A program made the translations under genes and the position numbers. Below the pieces are notes generated by a model. It saw nothing but the letters and a program-made list of their open reading frames with translations. It did not search any database and was not told the origin of the DNA. Below are positions 31,277 to 41,668 of a stretch of DNA of 64,000 nucleotides, piece by piece. Position 1 is the stretch's first letter. Each line of letters opens with the position of its first letter. Source of the DNA: an uncultured virus (IMG/VR IMGVR_UViG_3300002834_000023) (Duplodnaviria; Heunggongvirae; Uroviricota; Caudoviricetes); the IMG/VR virus record IMGVR_UViG_3300002834_000023; one strand, written 5' to 3'.

Positions 31277-31332
31277 TACCCGAAACGCCCCTGATGCAAA
31301 ATTATAATCGAGGCTGTTTCGGGTACATTTTT
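31277..31332 (+). terminator. Intrinsic terminator
   Basis: GTACCCGAAAC...GTTTCGGGTAC + T tract. Confidence 0.55.
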
Positions 31333-31490
31333 ATTATTCCATATTATGTTAAAATAATTGGATTAAATATTTTATTAAATATTTTAACATATCCGCCAAT
31401 GCTGAAATTTTTAACATCCAGGTTGAATAATATTAGATAAGTTTTACTACTTTTGCAATATTCAACAACAACTTTTAAAACAATACAACT

Positions 31491-31784
31491 ATGGATTTTG
31501 AAAAGAAACATGCTGCCTGGTGTAAAAGAATAAATAAAAGAATCCCTGATTTGGCAAACAGGGTTTTCAATTTACGAGGTAAAGGGTACAAGGGTTGTGG
31601 ATTTCATTATGCTCTTGAAAAAGATTTAGGTAGTGTAATACGTTCTTTAAATAATTATGACAACCCTAATTCATTTGAATTTTCTATGATGTGTGTTACT
31701 GAAGTATTAGCAACCAGTTTATTTCAAAGGGTTGCCCAAATTGAAAAAGAACTTTTAACATCCAGCAAAAAAGAACTTATCTAA
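31491..31784 (+). CDS. Hypothetical early protein
   Basis: After promoter 31411. Confidence 0.7.
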   Translation: MDFEKKHAAWCKRINKRIPDLANRVFNLRGKGYKGCGFHYALEKDLGSVIRSLNNYDNPNSFEFSMMCVTEVLATSLFQRVAQIEKELLTSSKKELI

Positions 31785-31831
31785 TTTTTAATACCTTTGC
31801 ACTATCAATAACAACTAAAAAATTAAGCAAT

Positions 31832-32011
31832 ATGAAACGTAATGAAATTTTGAAAAGTATTAAAATGTTGGCTATGAGCCAGGGATCCTATGGACGTATG
31901 CTTCGCCAGATCAGTGAAATGGATGCTGATACATCTGAAAAATTTTGGGATATTATGGAAACACAAAACTTTGCCGATCCTGTTGATATGGTTTTATTTT
32001 TAGAGGGGTAA
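31832..32011 (+). CDS. Hypothetical protein (59 aa, not in ORF track)
   Basis: MKRNEIL...SQGSYGR; after promoter 31755. Confidence 0.65.
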   Translation: MKRNEILKSIKMLAMSQGSYGRMLRQISEMDADTSEKFWDIMETQNFADPVDMVLFLEG

Positions 32012-32019
32012 AAAAATAA

Positions 32020-32093
32020 GTGCTTGATCGTTTAGTGGTAGGACGCGGGGACAAGTCCCCCGTAACAGAGGTTCGATTCCTCTAATGGCACAA
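32020..32093 (+). tRNA. Pseudo-tRNA / tRNA-like RNA with non-canonical anticodon loop
   Basis: D-arm GTTTAGTGGTAGGAC, stem CGGGG/CCCCG, T-arm AGAGG-TTCGATT-CCTCT; loop ACAAGTC lacks U33/R37; acceptor stem only partly paired. Confidence 0.6.
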
Positions 32094-32475
32094 AGATATA
32101 AATTGTTTTTAATTGTTGTTAGATAGAGGGTTTTGGTCTTTTGCGTATTGCCTTACAAACGGCTCTGAAGTTGCAAAGAATAACCAACCCTCTATTTTTT
32201 TTATGTCCATTCATTTACCAATCATTTTAAAGCCTTTTAAGAGGCTTTTATTATTTTTGATACTCCGATATTACCATATAATTAAAATGCTTTATACAGG
32301 CTTAAAAATGATATTATGAATAATGATATTAAATTATTATAGAGGAATAATTTTTTAATGGATATTGGTTATGTTAAAATATGTATAAAAATAAATTTTA
32401 ACATCCAGTTTAAATTATATAAAAATAATTGTATTATCTTTGCAGTATAAACAACAACTTTTAATAACAACGATT

Positions 32476-32664
32476 ATGAACGAAAAAGGAAAATCAGTAA
32501 TGATGAAAATGTACTGGAATGAGTTAAGGCATCAGGGGTCTTTTGACTGTGGACTTAGGGACTTATTCTATTTGGCTGACAACAGCAACCGCAAAAAATT
32601 AATCCAAGCGTTCCCGAATTTTTTTGGAACGGACACAGCTGAATATTTTGGTATTAACATTTAA
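32476..32664 (+). CDS. Hypothetical early protein
   Basis: After promoter 32398. Confidence 0.65.
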   Translation: MNEKGKSVMMKMYWNELRHQGSFDCGLRDLFYLADNSNRKKLIQAFPNFFGTDTAEYFGINI

Positions 32665-32674
32665 ACATACAGAC

Positions 32675-33067
32675 ATGAACGAATATACACAACAAGCCGA
32701 AAACTTTGCCTCCAAGTGGGGTGTAACCTTAAAAATCAAAGGTAGTGAATACAAGCCAATGTTTGGCGAAAAAAGTAGCTGTTACGTTTTTAAATGCGTA
32801 CTGAAACGGAACCACAAACAATATACTTTTGACTTTTGGCAAAGTATATACAATGGCAGCAAAGAACCCGAACTGTATGACATTTTGGCAGCCATGACCA
32901 AATATGACCCTACTTCTTTTGAAGATTTTTGTGGGGATTACGGATATGACCAGGATAGCCGACAGGCTTACAAAACCTACCTGGCAGTGGAACGTGAATA
33001 CGCAGCAATGGAAAGATTGTTTTATGATGATGAACAGTGTTGGGTGGATTTTCAGGAAATCAATTAA
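32675..33067 (+). CDS. Hypothetical early protein
   Basis: FEDFCGDYGYD.DSR.A pattern. Confidence 0.75.
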   Translation: MNEYTQQAENFASKWGVTLKIKGSEYKPMFGEKSSCYVFKCVLKRNHKQYTFDFWQSIYNGSKEPELYDILAAMTKYDPTSFEDFCGDYGYDQDSRQAYKTYLAVEREYAAMERLFYDDEQCWVDFQEIN

Positions 33068-33124
33068 TATACAATACAATTCATACGTTTACTTCGTCAT
33101 CCTTACCGATGACATTTTTTAGAG

Positions 33125-33156
33125 AACAGCTTGCTTGTGAAAGTAGGCTGTTTTTG
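33125..33156 (+). terminator. Intrinsic terminator
   Basis: AACAGCTTGCTT-GTGA-AAGTAGGCTGTT + T tract. Confidence 0.6.
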
Positions 33157-33332
33157 CATTATATACTCAAATGAGTAGTGGACATGGTTATGTTAAAATA
33201 TCATTCAAATTTTATATATTAAATATTTTAACATATCAGCCGATTCCAAAAATTTTAACATCCAGACTAATAAAACTTAAATGATTTTTAATATCTTTGT
33301 ATTATATTTAAACAACTCAAAAAACAACAACA

Positions 33333-33551
33333 ATGAGAAATTCTACTGCATTAAAAGACTACAAATTGAATGTTAATTTTCAACGTATGGGAACATGGAA
33401 GGGATTTGAAATGTACCTTCACTACCCTCAATATAATGGGTTCATAATTGAATGGTACGGGATCCAACAAAGATACATGGGATATTCATTGAGAACAGCT
33501 AAAAGTCTGTTCAAAAATTACATAAGAAAAACCTACCCTCAATTTGCATAA
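33333..33551 (+). CDS. Hypothetical early protein
   Basis: After promoter 33255. Confidence 0.7.
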   Translation: MRNSTALKDYKLNVNFQRMGTWKGFEMYLHYPQYNGFIIEWYGIQQRYMGYSLRTAKSLFKNYIRKTYPQFA

Positions 33552-33563
33552 AACTATACAACT

Positions 33564-33743
33564 ATGATTAATTACACGTTTTTTGATGACAATGACATAG
33601 AGGTAGGGAACATAGATCTGCCCAATGGATATTACAAAGAATTTATCCACTATTATGCCAATGAGGTTGGAGCCTCTTATTATAGAATGGATAGCCCCAA
33701 AGTATTTAAGGAAATTAAACGTTACATAAACTTGAACATGTAA
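33564..33743 (+). CDS. Hypothetical protein (59 aa, not in ORF track)
   Basis: MINYTFFDD...; ends 1 nt before motif 33745. Confidence 0.55.
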   Translation: MINYTFFDDNDIEVGNIDLPNGYYKEFIHYYANEVGASYYRMDSPKVFKEIKRYINLNM

Positions 33744-33818
33744 TTTAACATCCAGGTTGGTAAATCTTATCTAATTTTAATTATCTTTGTCGTATAAACA
33801 ATTAAAAAACAAACTACA

Positions 33819-34121
33819 ATGGCAGTAAAACAGAATTATAGAGCAAGCGGTTTAAACCAAACATGGTTAGCAGAAACACGCAAATATTTGAAAAAACTTG
33901 ATAAAAACCTTGAAAATCTTGGTTGTACCAAAATTGAATTTGGAATTAATTATAACTATTGGTCAGGGTTTTTCACAGCCCCAAATGGTCAGATATGGTA
34001 TATGTGCGGAGGCGAAAATACAGATGCTTGCAATTACTATTATCGCACAGCAGCTCACTACAGGGACTTCACAGGGGGTAGAAATCAATTTGACAATAAC
34101 ATCATAGGTGCAATCCGTTAA
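33819..34121 (+). CDS. Hypothetical early protein
   Basis: YRTA..YRDFTGGRNQF. Confidence 0.75.
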   Translation: MAVKQNYRASGLNQTWLAETRKYLKKLDKNLENLGCTKIEFGINYNYWSGFFTAPNGQIWYMCGGENTDACNYYYRTAAHYRDFTGGRNQFDNNIIGAIR

Positions 34122-34413
34122 TACCCACAATCATGGAAAAAGTTAATAAATTTTGTGCCGATTACATATTGCCAATTATCCTTCTATATTGTGTTGTTGC
34201 ACCACCAGTCATGGTACTGATATTGTTATTCCAATGCTTTTATAAATAAATCTTACATAGTTTCTGAATGGGATATAACATCATACCCCATTTAGATTCT
34301 ATTCAAATGATATGTTAAAATATGTTTAAATAATTTTATTAACATCCAGCTTTAAATTATGTAAAATATATTTTATATCTTTGTAATACAATAATCAATT
34401 AATAACAACAACT

Positions 34414-34656
34414 ATGACAATCAAAGAATTTAAAGCAAACGCAACCAAAACAAAGTACAACACAAACAATGCCTGGGGTTTTGGTGGAGGCATTGGAAAT
34501 GACTTTACAATGACCTTTGTAACATTGGGAACATTTAAAGCAAGGTTCGGCAAAGCCTGTTATCGCCACTTACACCCAAACAGCTATTCACGCTTTTGGA
34601 TCAATGACAACGAAGTCACCAAAAAGGAATTTGAAACACAGTTAAATAAAGCATAA
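34414..34656 (+). CDS. Hypothetical early protein
   Basis: After promoter 34339. Confidence 0.7.
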   Translation: MTIKEFKANATKTKYNTNNAWGFGGGIGNDFTMTFVTLGTFKARFGKACYRHLHPNSYSRFWINDNEVTKKEFETQLNKA

Positions 34657-34658
34657 TC

Positions 34659-34973
34659 ATGGAAAAAGACACAAACATCACAAAGGTAGTGTTCCGTAAA
34701 TTTAAAGGAACCAACGATTGTACAAAGGGCGAAATTATTGCCCTGTTCCCCGAAGAGCTTGAAATTGGGTTCACAATTTTATCTTATATGCACCTGGGAC
34801 AACACGCAAACGCAGATTATAATTGGATTATCCAAAACAGCAAACCCGCAAATGAAATTGAATACGCAGCCTTAAAAAGCGAATTGGATGACATGGGGTA
34901 TAATCTTAAAATCTATAAAAAATTACGTCCCGACTTTTCAAATAGAACGTACTTTACAAATATGGTAAAATAA
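34659..34973 (+). CDS. Hypothetical early protein
   Basis: VVFRKF..GEIIALFP..SYMHLGQH..EL..MGY. Confidence 0.75.
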   Translation: MEKDTNITKVVFRKFKGTNDCTKGEIIALFPEELEIGFTILSYMHLGQHANADYNWIIQNSKPANEIEYAALKSELDDMGYNLKIYKKLRPDFSNRTYFTNMVK

Positions 34974-35339
34974 AATTTTTACCCACTACTGTAAACCTTT
35001 TAGTATGGGCAAAAAAATAAAATGGTTGAAATATGGATACGTCTGTATTTCAGCCTTTTGCTTTTGTTATGTCCTTGAATATCTTTTAAAACTTATTTAA
35101 AAATCATTCTCCGTATTGTTGTGGACTTATGTGCATGTAGCGACGGCCCAATATTTCAAATGATATTCATTTAAGATTAAAATGATATGCCAAATACCTT
35201 TTAAAACAGTGTTACCATAGTATTGCATTACAAATTATCGCTCGTATGGTCTTAACTGTTTTTAAAAACCTTCTCAATCCCCTCGTCCCAAATGCCTGGG
35301 TTTATACGATTTTTACAAAAATAAATATACGGATAAAAA

Positions 35340-35700
35340 TTTTTTGAAACAAATTGTTATGTTAAAATATGTAAAAATAATTAAAATCAAAATTTTTTAA
35401 CATATATTTTTAATCCATGCAACTATGTTAAAATATTTAATAAAACATTTTCTAATAATATTTTAACATATTCGGCGACCACAGAATTTAACATTTTTTA
35501 ACACTTAGCAATATGTTAAAATATGTTTAAAAAAAAATTTTAACAATTCAAAAATTTGTTAAAAATTATTAAAATATCATTAGAAACATTTATGTTAAAA
35601 TATGTAAAAAAAGTTTAAAATGAAATTATGAAGAAATGTTAATGAATGTTAAAATATGTAAAATGATTTTTTAACAAATTTTATGTAATTTTAAAAAGTT
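35340..35700. repeat. Dense cluster of about 13 ATGTTAA/TTAACA sites in a 1.1-kb non-coding gap
   Basis: Copies at about 35359,35397,35425,35463,35488,35498,35513,35540,35556,35593,35636,35646,35671. Confidence 0.75.
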
Positions 35701-36134
35701 TGCACACACAACACAACACACCCACAAAAATATCTAAATATCAGTCCATTATAATTTTTCCCTATATTTTACCCCAAAACACCTTCAAAATATTATACAT
35801 TATATTTATATGATATTCATAAAAATCTAAGTATCAGGAAAATAGGTAATATCTTAACTTATAATGCCATGAAACACCTTCAAAATTTTTATAAAGATTT
35901 GTTAAAAACATCTTTACAAACTTATTTTAATATCCCTATCAAAATAGTATAAAGTGTTTGCAGGGCAATAGGATTGATTTACGGTTATTTTTCCATGAAA
36001 GTGGTATCGGTATAGGTTTAAAAATAAAAGTGGCTTAAAACGGATTATTTGCGCTCACAGGATTTTAACATCCAGTAGAATGACAGTTAAAAATTTTTTT
36101 GTACCTTTGCAGTATAATTTAAAACAACAGCAAT

Positions 36135-36329
36135 ATGAATAAAATTTACAAATTACATATTACGCCAAAACGAAAGATTGCCAGGTACAAGGAATTGAAG
36201 GGATTTAGTTCTTTGAGTGAGGCATATCATTTTGGTAATGATTTATGTATAAAATACCCAAATGATGAATTTATTATGATTAGTCAGGAGGGTAAAGCGT
36301 ATAAATTCAACAGGGTTATGGTATTGTAA
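36135..36329 (+). CDS. Hypothetical early protein
   Basis: After promoter 36065. Confidence 0.65.
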   Translation: MNKIYKLHITPKRKIARYKELKGFSSLSEAYHFGNDLCIKYPNDEFIMISQEGKAYKFNRVMVL

Positions 36330-36344
36330 ACAACACAAAACAAT

Positions 36345-36560
36345 ATGACTGCAAAGGAATTTGAAAGAATTAAACATTTATACAATGATGATTTAATTGA
36401 TATACATAATGTTCGTTTATATGAGGGTTATGGTATCTATTCATGGTTTGATGTACCAATTTTTGGTATTGATACTTTCATGTATAGGGATTATCATACT
36501 AATAAATTACAGACAATAAAACGTAAAAATATAAAGAATATACAATATGGAAAAAAGTAG
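36345..36560 (+). CDS. Hypothetical protein
   Basis: 71-aa ORF. Confidence 0.6.
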   Translation: MTAKEFERIKHLYNDDLIDIHNVRLYEGYGIYSWFDVPIFGIDTFMYRDYHTNKLQTIKRKNIKNIQYGKK

Positions 36561-36705
36561 TTTTATCATTTATTATACGGACGAGGAGCGTAGAAAAAGT
36601 CATGTTATCATTGATGATGTTTCTGATAAAAAAGAGGCATTGGAACGGTTTGATTTGCAATTACCTGATTGGCGACAGCAAATTAAGAAAGTCGTGAAGT
36701 TATAA
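36547..36705 (+). CDS. Hypothetical protein (52 aa)
   Basis: MEKSSFIIYY...; ends just before motif 36708. Confidence 0.5.
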   Translation: MEKSSFIIYYTDEERRKSHVIIDDVSDKKEALERFDLQLPDWRQQIKKVVKL

Positions 36706-36772
36706 TTTTAACATCCAGTATATACTCAAATGAGTATGGAATGATTATCTTTGCACAAAAATAGATTAAGTT

Positions 36773-37075
36773 ATGGAAGTAAAATATTTAGATGAAATTG
36801 CGGAGAAGGATTGTACGGTTTATCAGGTATGGGATCATCGTGGTCGGGATTTGATATACTTGTATGACAAGAAGAAGAAAGTGTTTTATCACAATGTATT
36901 TTGGACTGAATTAGAGTTCAATAGTGATGACAGTTGGTTGGCACGCAGGTTATTTGATATTGGTTACAAGTCAGTTTCAATGGGAAGGAACAGGAAAAAA
37001 TTAACCAGGATACATTCGGGGGAATTTTTTGATAAAATTATTAAGTTTGACAGTACGATTAAAAAATTAACATAA
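36773..37075 (+). CDS. Hypothetical early protein
   Basis: After promoter 36708. Confidence 0.7.
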   Translation: MEVKYLDEIAEKDCTVYQVWDHRGRDLIYLYDKKKKVFYHNVFWTELEFNSDDSWLARRLFDIGYKSVSMGRNRKKLTRIHSGEFFDKIIKFDSTIKKLT

Positions 37076-37086
37076 TATATACTCAA

Positions 37087-37284
37087 ATGAGTATAGCAAA
37101 TAAAAAACAGTTAACATATTTAAGGGATAAGGGCTTCAGTGTAGAAGACAGTATCGGCTTAGAATGGTTGGAACGTAAACATGTGGATTTGCGATGCAAT
37201 CTTGGTGCAGATGATTTGGGGGTATTAATGAGAGCATACAGGGTATTGTATCGTTTTTTACCCAAAGAAGAATATAAGAAATAA
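37087..37284 (+). CDS. Hypothetical protein
   Basis: ATG lies inside palindrome 37080. Confidence 0.6.
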   Translation: MSIANKKQLTYLRDKGFSVEDSIGLEWLERKHVDLRCNLGADDLGVLMRAYRVLYRFLPKEEYKK

Positions 37285-37362
37285 GCGTTTTTTTTGTGTA
37301 GATTTTTCATATTGCGAAGAAGGACGGTATAATCAAGATGTGATATTTTTGTTATATTGGGA

Positions 37363-37398
37363 TTGGTGGGTACAACGAAGAGACCCACCAATTTTTTT
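37363..37398 (+). terminator. Intrinsic terminator
   Basis: TTGGTGGGT...ACCCACCAA + T7. Confidence 0.7.
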
Positions 37399-37514
37399 AT
37401 ATATGGTTATGTTAAAATATGTATATTGGATAATTTTAACATCCAGGTTATTTAAAATTAGATAAGTTTTTGTATCTTTGTAATATAATAAACAACGACT
37501 TAAAACAAACGATT

Positions 37515-37769
37515 ATGAAGCTATTGGTTTTGAATATTAACAATAAGGATTACGATGCTTTATCTGTAATAGATTGCATTAAGGCTGAGAGCAATGGCAG
37601 GTCCTTTCGGATTAAGAATGTAGCTGGTAAGGCTGATTGGTTATCCCTGTTAAAAAAGATTGGAATAAGTATTGATGAATTGGTTAATTACACTATACTT
37701 GTTGACAGGAAAATGGGTTGTACCCATTATTTTGCGAGTTCGGTACTGATTAATTTGTTAAATAAATAA
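37515..37769 (+). CDS. Hypothetical early protein
   Basis: ATG 37515 after promoter 37436. Confidence 0.7.
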   Translation: MKLLVLNINNKDYDALSVIDCIKAESNGRSFRIKNVAGKADWLSLLKKIGISIDELVNYTILVDRKMGCTHYFASSVLINLLNK

Positions 37770-37781
37770 AACTTATATAAT

Positions 37782-37931
37782 ATGAAAAGATTTTTAATAA
37801 TATTGGGGGTTGTATTTTGCATATTGGTTGCAATGGTATTGGTTCCTGTTATAATCATAGTGGTTAAGATATTGATATTTATCTTATTTGTGTGTTTCTT
37901 TGGTTGGATAATATCCAAATTCATAAAATAA
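37782..37931 (+). CDS. Small membrane protein (49 aa)
   Basis: Almost entirely hydrophobic. Confidence 0.55.
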   Translation: MKRFLIILGVVFCILVAMVLVPVIIIVVKILIFILFVCFFGWIISKFIK

Positions 37932-38013
37932 ATTTTAACATCCAGTATTAGGTGGATTAAAAAGGATTTTGTATTTTTGTAGTATAATATTAAACAATTT
38001 TATTTTAACGGTT

Positions 38014-38388
38014 ATGAGCAAGCAAGAACAAATTAGAGAGTATTTGGATGGGTTAAGTAATAGTGAGTTGTTATCAATTCTTTCAAACTATTGCAATGAG
38101 AGTGATTATTATGATGATGCCATTTATGACAATGACAAGTACTTTTTTGATGAGAATTTCCAAAACCCTATGGATGCTGTTAGAGCCGCCCATTATGGCG
38201 AATATCGTTATACTGACAGTTATGTTAAATTTAACAGTTATGGGAATTTAGAAACCACAAATGATGTATCGGATTGGGTTGATACCGATGAAATTGCAGC
38301 GTGGATTGTGGATAACGATAACGCTTTGAGTGATGATGATATTCAGGATATATTGGACGAGGAAGATGATGAAGATTCCGATGAATAG
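38014..38388 (+). CDS. Highly acidic early protein (DNA-mimic candidate)
   Basis: About 35 D/E vs about 6 K/R in 124 aa (hand count). Confidence 0.7.
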   Translation: MSKQEQIREYLDGLSNSELLSILSNYCNESDYYDDAIYDNDKYFFDENFQNPMDAVRAAHYGEYRYTDSYVKFNSYGNLETTNDVSDWVDTDEIAAWIVDNDNALSDDDIQDILDEEDDEDSDE

Positions 38389-38466
38389 ATTTTAACATCC
38401 AGCACAATAAAACTTATGTAGGATTTATTATCTTTGTACTATAATTCACAATAAAACTTATGCAAT

Positions 38467-39015
38467 ATGAAACGGACGATTAAAGAAAAAGTTATTTTTG
38501 ATAATTACGATGTTAGGGATTTAGAAACGGCTGCCCAGGACTATTATGATGCCATGGGGTTCAGTGGGGAAGATGATCCTGATTTTATTGAATATACTCA
38601 AAGTATGTTTGATGATGAGTTGACAGATGATTTTGACAATTTCAAATGGGAATTGAACAGGCTTTTGGAAAGTAACAGTAACGGTTGGATTTTAAAGGGC
38701 AATTTGGGTTTGTGGAATGGCAACAAGGCTGCGGGTACTGTTTTGTTTGACTTGGATAAGTTATCTAAGATTTGGGGCGGAAGTATTGACTATTTAAAGG
38801 TAACAGAAAGAAACGGACATTTACATTTTCAGTGTTGGCATCATGATGGGTGTAATGAATGGGAATTGCGAAAATTGACTGAAAAAGGTTACAATTATTG
38901 GAATAAGTGTGAAGAAGACTTATTTGTGGATCCAAAAGAAGTCCACAGTACGATATTTAAAAGCAATTTTTTGTCGGGGTTGCCTCACTATGTAAAAAAT
39001 GTTTGGGGTGCGTGA
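38467..39015 (+). CDS. Hypothetical early protein
   Basis: GNLGLWNG...HHDGCN. Confidence 0.8.
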   Translation: MKRTIKEKVIFDNYDVRDLETAAQDYYDAMGFSGEDDPDFIEYTQSMFDDELTDDFDNFKWELNRLLESNSNGWILKGNLGLWNGNKAAGTVLFDLDKLSKIWGGSIDYLKVTERNGHLHFQCWHHDGCNEWELRKLTEKGYNYWNKCEEDLFVDPKEVHSTIFKSNFLSGLPHYVKNVWGA

Positions 39016-39091
39016 AATTAGATAAAAAGGGATTACGGATTTATTTACGAACTGATTATTGAATACTCAAAAAGATTAATCCCTATGGGTT

Positions 39092-39128
39092 TGGTTGGAT
39101 GTTGCGAAACAACCAACCATTTTTTTTA
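39092..39128 (+). terminator. Intrinsic terminator
   Basis: TGGTTGG...CCAACCA + T tract. Confidence 0.65.
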
Positions 39129-39241
39129 CCCATAGATATGTTAAAATATGTATAAATTTATTTTTTAACATCCAGTTTAAATATTATCTAATATATTTTT
39201 GTATCTTTGTAATATGTTAAACAAATTAAAACAACAAAATT

Positions 39242-39415
39242 ATGGATGATTTATATGTAGTTGCAAACATTATAGGTGGTTTTAGACAAAGACCGTTATT
39301 TACAGGTACTTTGGTTGAATGTGAGGCTTTTATGGAAAATAATCCAGGTCTTGGATATGGGAATGACAATACCAATATTTACTTGGATGATGAGTGGGAG
39401 GTTGATTATCTTTAA
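39242..39415 (+). CDS. Hypothetical protein (57 aa)
   Basis: After promoter 39165. Confidence 0.55.
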   Translation: MDDLYVVANIIGGFRQRPLFTGTLVECEAFMENNPGLGYGNDNTNIYLDDEWEVDYL

Positions 39416-39439
39416 TAATTAATTTTAAAATCATTTATT

Positions 39440-39706
39440 ATGTGGACAAAGGGAATGTTTAGGACATTGGCTATCTTATTTACTTTCGTGGCTGCAATTA
39501 TTATCTTTTTTGGGGTATTTGCTATTATTGAATTATGGTTTGATTTTAACTACCCTGAACCCGATATGAGTTATGATGATGTATTGTGTAGTGGGAGGTA
39601 TTTAATGGCTTGGATTGTTATGGTAGGCATATCGGTTTGTTATTTATTTCGTCCTTCAATTAGAAAAATATGGGGACCAATATTAGGTAGAATAAAGGAA
39701 AGTTAA
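39440..39706 (+). CDS. Membrane protein
   Basis: Two TM helices. Confidence 0.65.
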   Translation: MWTKGMFRTLAILFTFVAAIIIFFGVFAIIELWFDFNYPEPDMSYDDVLCSGRYLMAWIVMVGISVCYLFRPSIRKIWGPILGRIKES

Positions 39707-39714
39707 AAAATTAT

Positions 39715-39984
39715 ATGATGAAGGATTGTAGAAAATATTACATTCAGCTTGGTAATTTGTACATGAATGAGTTTTGCGGTTGGAGTGCTAATTTTGATGA
39801 TGCAGTATTAAGTTTTCAAATTGATGCCGAACAAACTTGTAAATCTTATAATAGGGGGTTTAAAAAGGGCAAAGATACTTTGGCTATTGCAATTCCTTTT
39901 GAGGGTACTGAAAAAATTCCTTCTTATATAGATGATGAAATATTAACAGTTGGAAAAGCCAAATTAATTTTAACATCCAGATAA
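39715..39984 (+). CDS. Hypothetical protein
   Basis: 89-aa ORF ending within motif 39970. Confidence 0.65.
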   Translation: MMKDCRKYYIQLGNLYMNEFCGWSANFDDAVLSFQIDAEQTCKSYNRGFKKGKDTLAIAIPFEGTEKIPSYIDDEILTVGKAKLILTSR

Positions 39985-40045
39985 TTAAAACTTGGATAAG
40001 ATTTTGTATCTTTGTAGTATAGAACAACAATTAAATATTACGGAT

Positions 40046-40471
40046 ATGGAAATCAGGACAAACATTCAGGCAGGTAAAGAGAGTGCATTTATTTTGGCAG
40101 GTAAAGCAATACTGACCATTACCAACAGTGCAAATGGCAATCATTTTACCTACAAAGTAAAACGTATCAGGAAAGATTCGGATGCTTATTATGTATCGGT
40201 TGCACACAATTATGACGAATACCATTATACAGCCGTATTGATGAAAATAAAGGGGGTATGGGAGCTTCGGAACGCCAAAAACCCAAAAATCTTATTATCA
40301 CCCTCTTGCAAGGCTTTCAAATATTTGGTTGATAATTATATTAACAGTTACAAGCCACATGCAAATTTGATAATACAGCATGAAGGCAGGTGTGGAAGGT
40401 GTGGACGACCACTTACGGATCCGACAAGCATATCAATCGGATTAGGACCAGAGTGCAGAAGTAAATTTTAA
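40046..40471 (+). CDS. DUF6011-like zinc-finger protein
   Basis: CGRCGRPLTDPTSISIGLGPEC. Confidence 0.75.
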   Translation: MEIRTNIQAGKESAFILAGKAILTITNSANGNHFTYKVKRIRKDSDAYYVSVAHNYDEYHYTAVLMKIKGVWELRNAKNPKILLSPSCKAFKYLVDNYINSYKPHANLIIQHEGRCGRCGRPLTDPTSISIGLGPECRSKF

Positions 40472-40484
40472 ATAAAAAAAAAAT

Positions 40485-40640
40485 ATGGAAAATATATTAG
40501 ATGCCGTTTCTCAAAATATTGCTAGAATTAAGAATGAGATGAAAACCGCTACTGGTGTTGATTATCAAGATCTATTGGAAGAATTGAATGATGAGAGAGA
40601 TTATATAAAATTTCTCACAGGAAATTATTTTGGGGAATAG
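40485..40640 (+). CDS. Hypothetical protein (51 aa)
   Basis: MENILDAV... Confidence 0.5.
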   Translation: MENILDAVSQNIARIKNEMKTATGVDYQDLLEELNDERDYIKFLTGNYFGE

Positions 40641-40721
40641 GGTTTTAACATCCAGTATATGTACTCAAATGAGTAATTTAGTATCTTTGCATTATTATTA
40701 ACAATTCAATTAAAAACAGTT

Positions 40722-41093
40722 ATGGGTTACGGTTCAAGAAAATATAAAAACTATTATCAGGAGGTTGAAAGAGGCATATTCAACTGTATGCAAGGTAGGA
40801 AAGACATTGTTTTTTCGGTAAAAAGCACTGTGGTTTATCATATCAATGACAGGAATAAGGCTACTAAAATAGGTTATTACATTGATGATAATCTTATCAA
40901 AAAGGAAAAAGGGGGTAATCTTATTCTCAATGGTAGCATTTACAATTATATTGAAAATTGTCCTTTAAATTTTAGGGATGATGATTTGAAATTGGGTAAA
41001 CCTGGTTATGTTGAAGAAACAATTATTGAATATTTTGGATATGCTGAAATTGTTAGTTTTGACGGTGGCATTACTTTGGAATGGGTTATTTAA
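40722..41093 (+). CDS. Hypothetical early protein
   Basis: Promoter 40645; stop in motif 41090. Confidence 0.75.
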   Translation: MGYGSRKYKNYYQEVERGIFNCMQGRKDIVFSVKSTVVYHINDRNKATKIGYYIDDNLIKKEKGGNLILNGSIYNYIENCPLNFRDDDLKLGKPGYVEETIIEYFGYAEIVSFDGGITLEWVI

Positions 41094-41169
41094 CATCCAG
41101 GTAAATAAAACCTATATGAATTTTAGTATCTTTGTATTGAAGTTAAACAATTTAAAATAAAAAAGGATT

Positions 41170-41334
41170 ATGAATTGGGGAAGCATTTTTGCATGGTTTT
41201 TATTTAGCATTTTTGTTGGTGTATTAGGCTTGGGATTTTATTCTTTAATTCCGTTGGGGGCATATATATCAATATGTTTAATAGGTGGGTTTATTATTCG
41301 GCTGCTTATTGAAATTTTAAATAAATTAAAATAG
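41170..41334 (+). CDS. Small membrane protein (54 aa)
   Basis: After promoter 41090; hydrophobic. Confidence 0.55.
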   Translation: MNWGSIFAWFLFSIFVGVLGLGFYSLIPLGAYISICLIGGFIIRLLIEILNKLK

Positions 41335-41336
41335 TT

Positions 41337-41594
41337 ATGTTCCAAAAAGAAAGTAAAGCATTTGATTTACCTGAAATATTTGCAATATCCAATATAGAAG
41401 GTTTTTTACCGAACTATGATGCAAGTAAAAACAATAAACGTAGTGGCAAGATACGTGTGTTTCATGGTATTGTAAAATTGGATATACTACCATTTGAGAG
41501 TTTTAAAATGGCTTTATTCAAAAAGGGATATAAGGTTAGTAAAAGTCCTACCCATCGGAGTGATTTATTGGGAGTAAAAATCAGAAAATTTTAA
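41337..41594 (+). CDS. Hypothetical protein
   Basis: Stop in motif 41591. Confidence 0.65.
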   Translation: MFQKESKAFDLPEIFAISNIEGFLPNYDASKNNKRSGKIRVFHGIVKLDILPFESFKMALFKKGYKVSKSPTHRSDLLGVKIRKF

Positions 41595-41668
41595 CATCCA
41601 GTTCAAGTGATTTAAAAATATTTATTGTACTTTTGTAATATAATTAATCAAATAAAAAATTTACAGTT

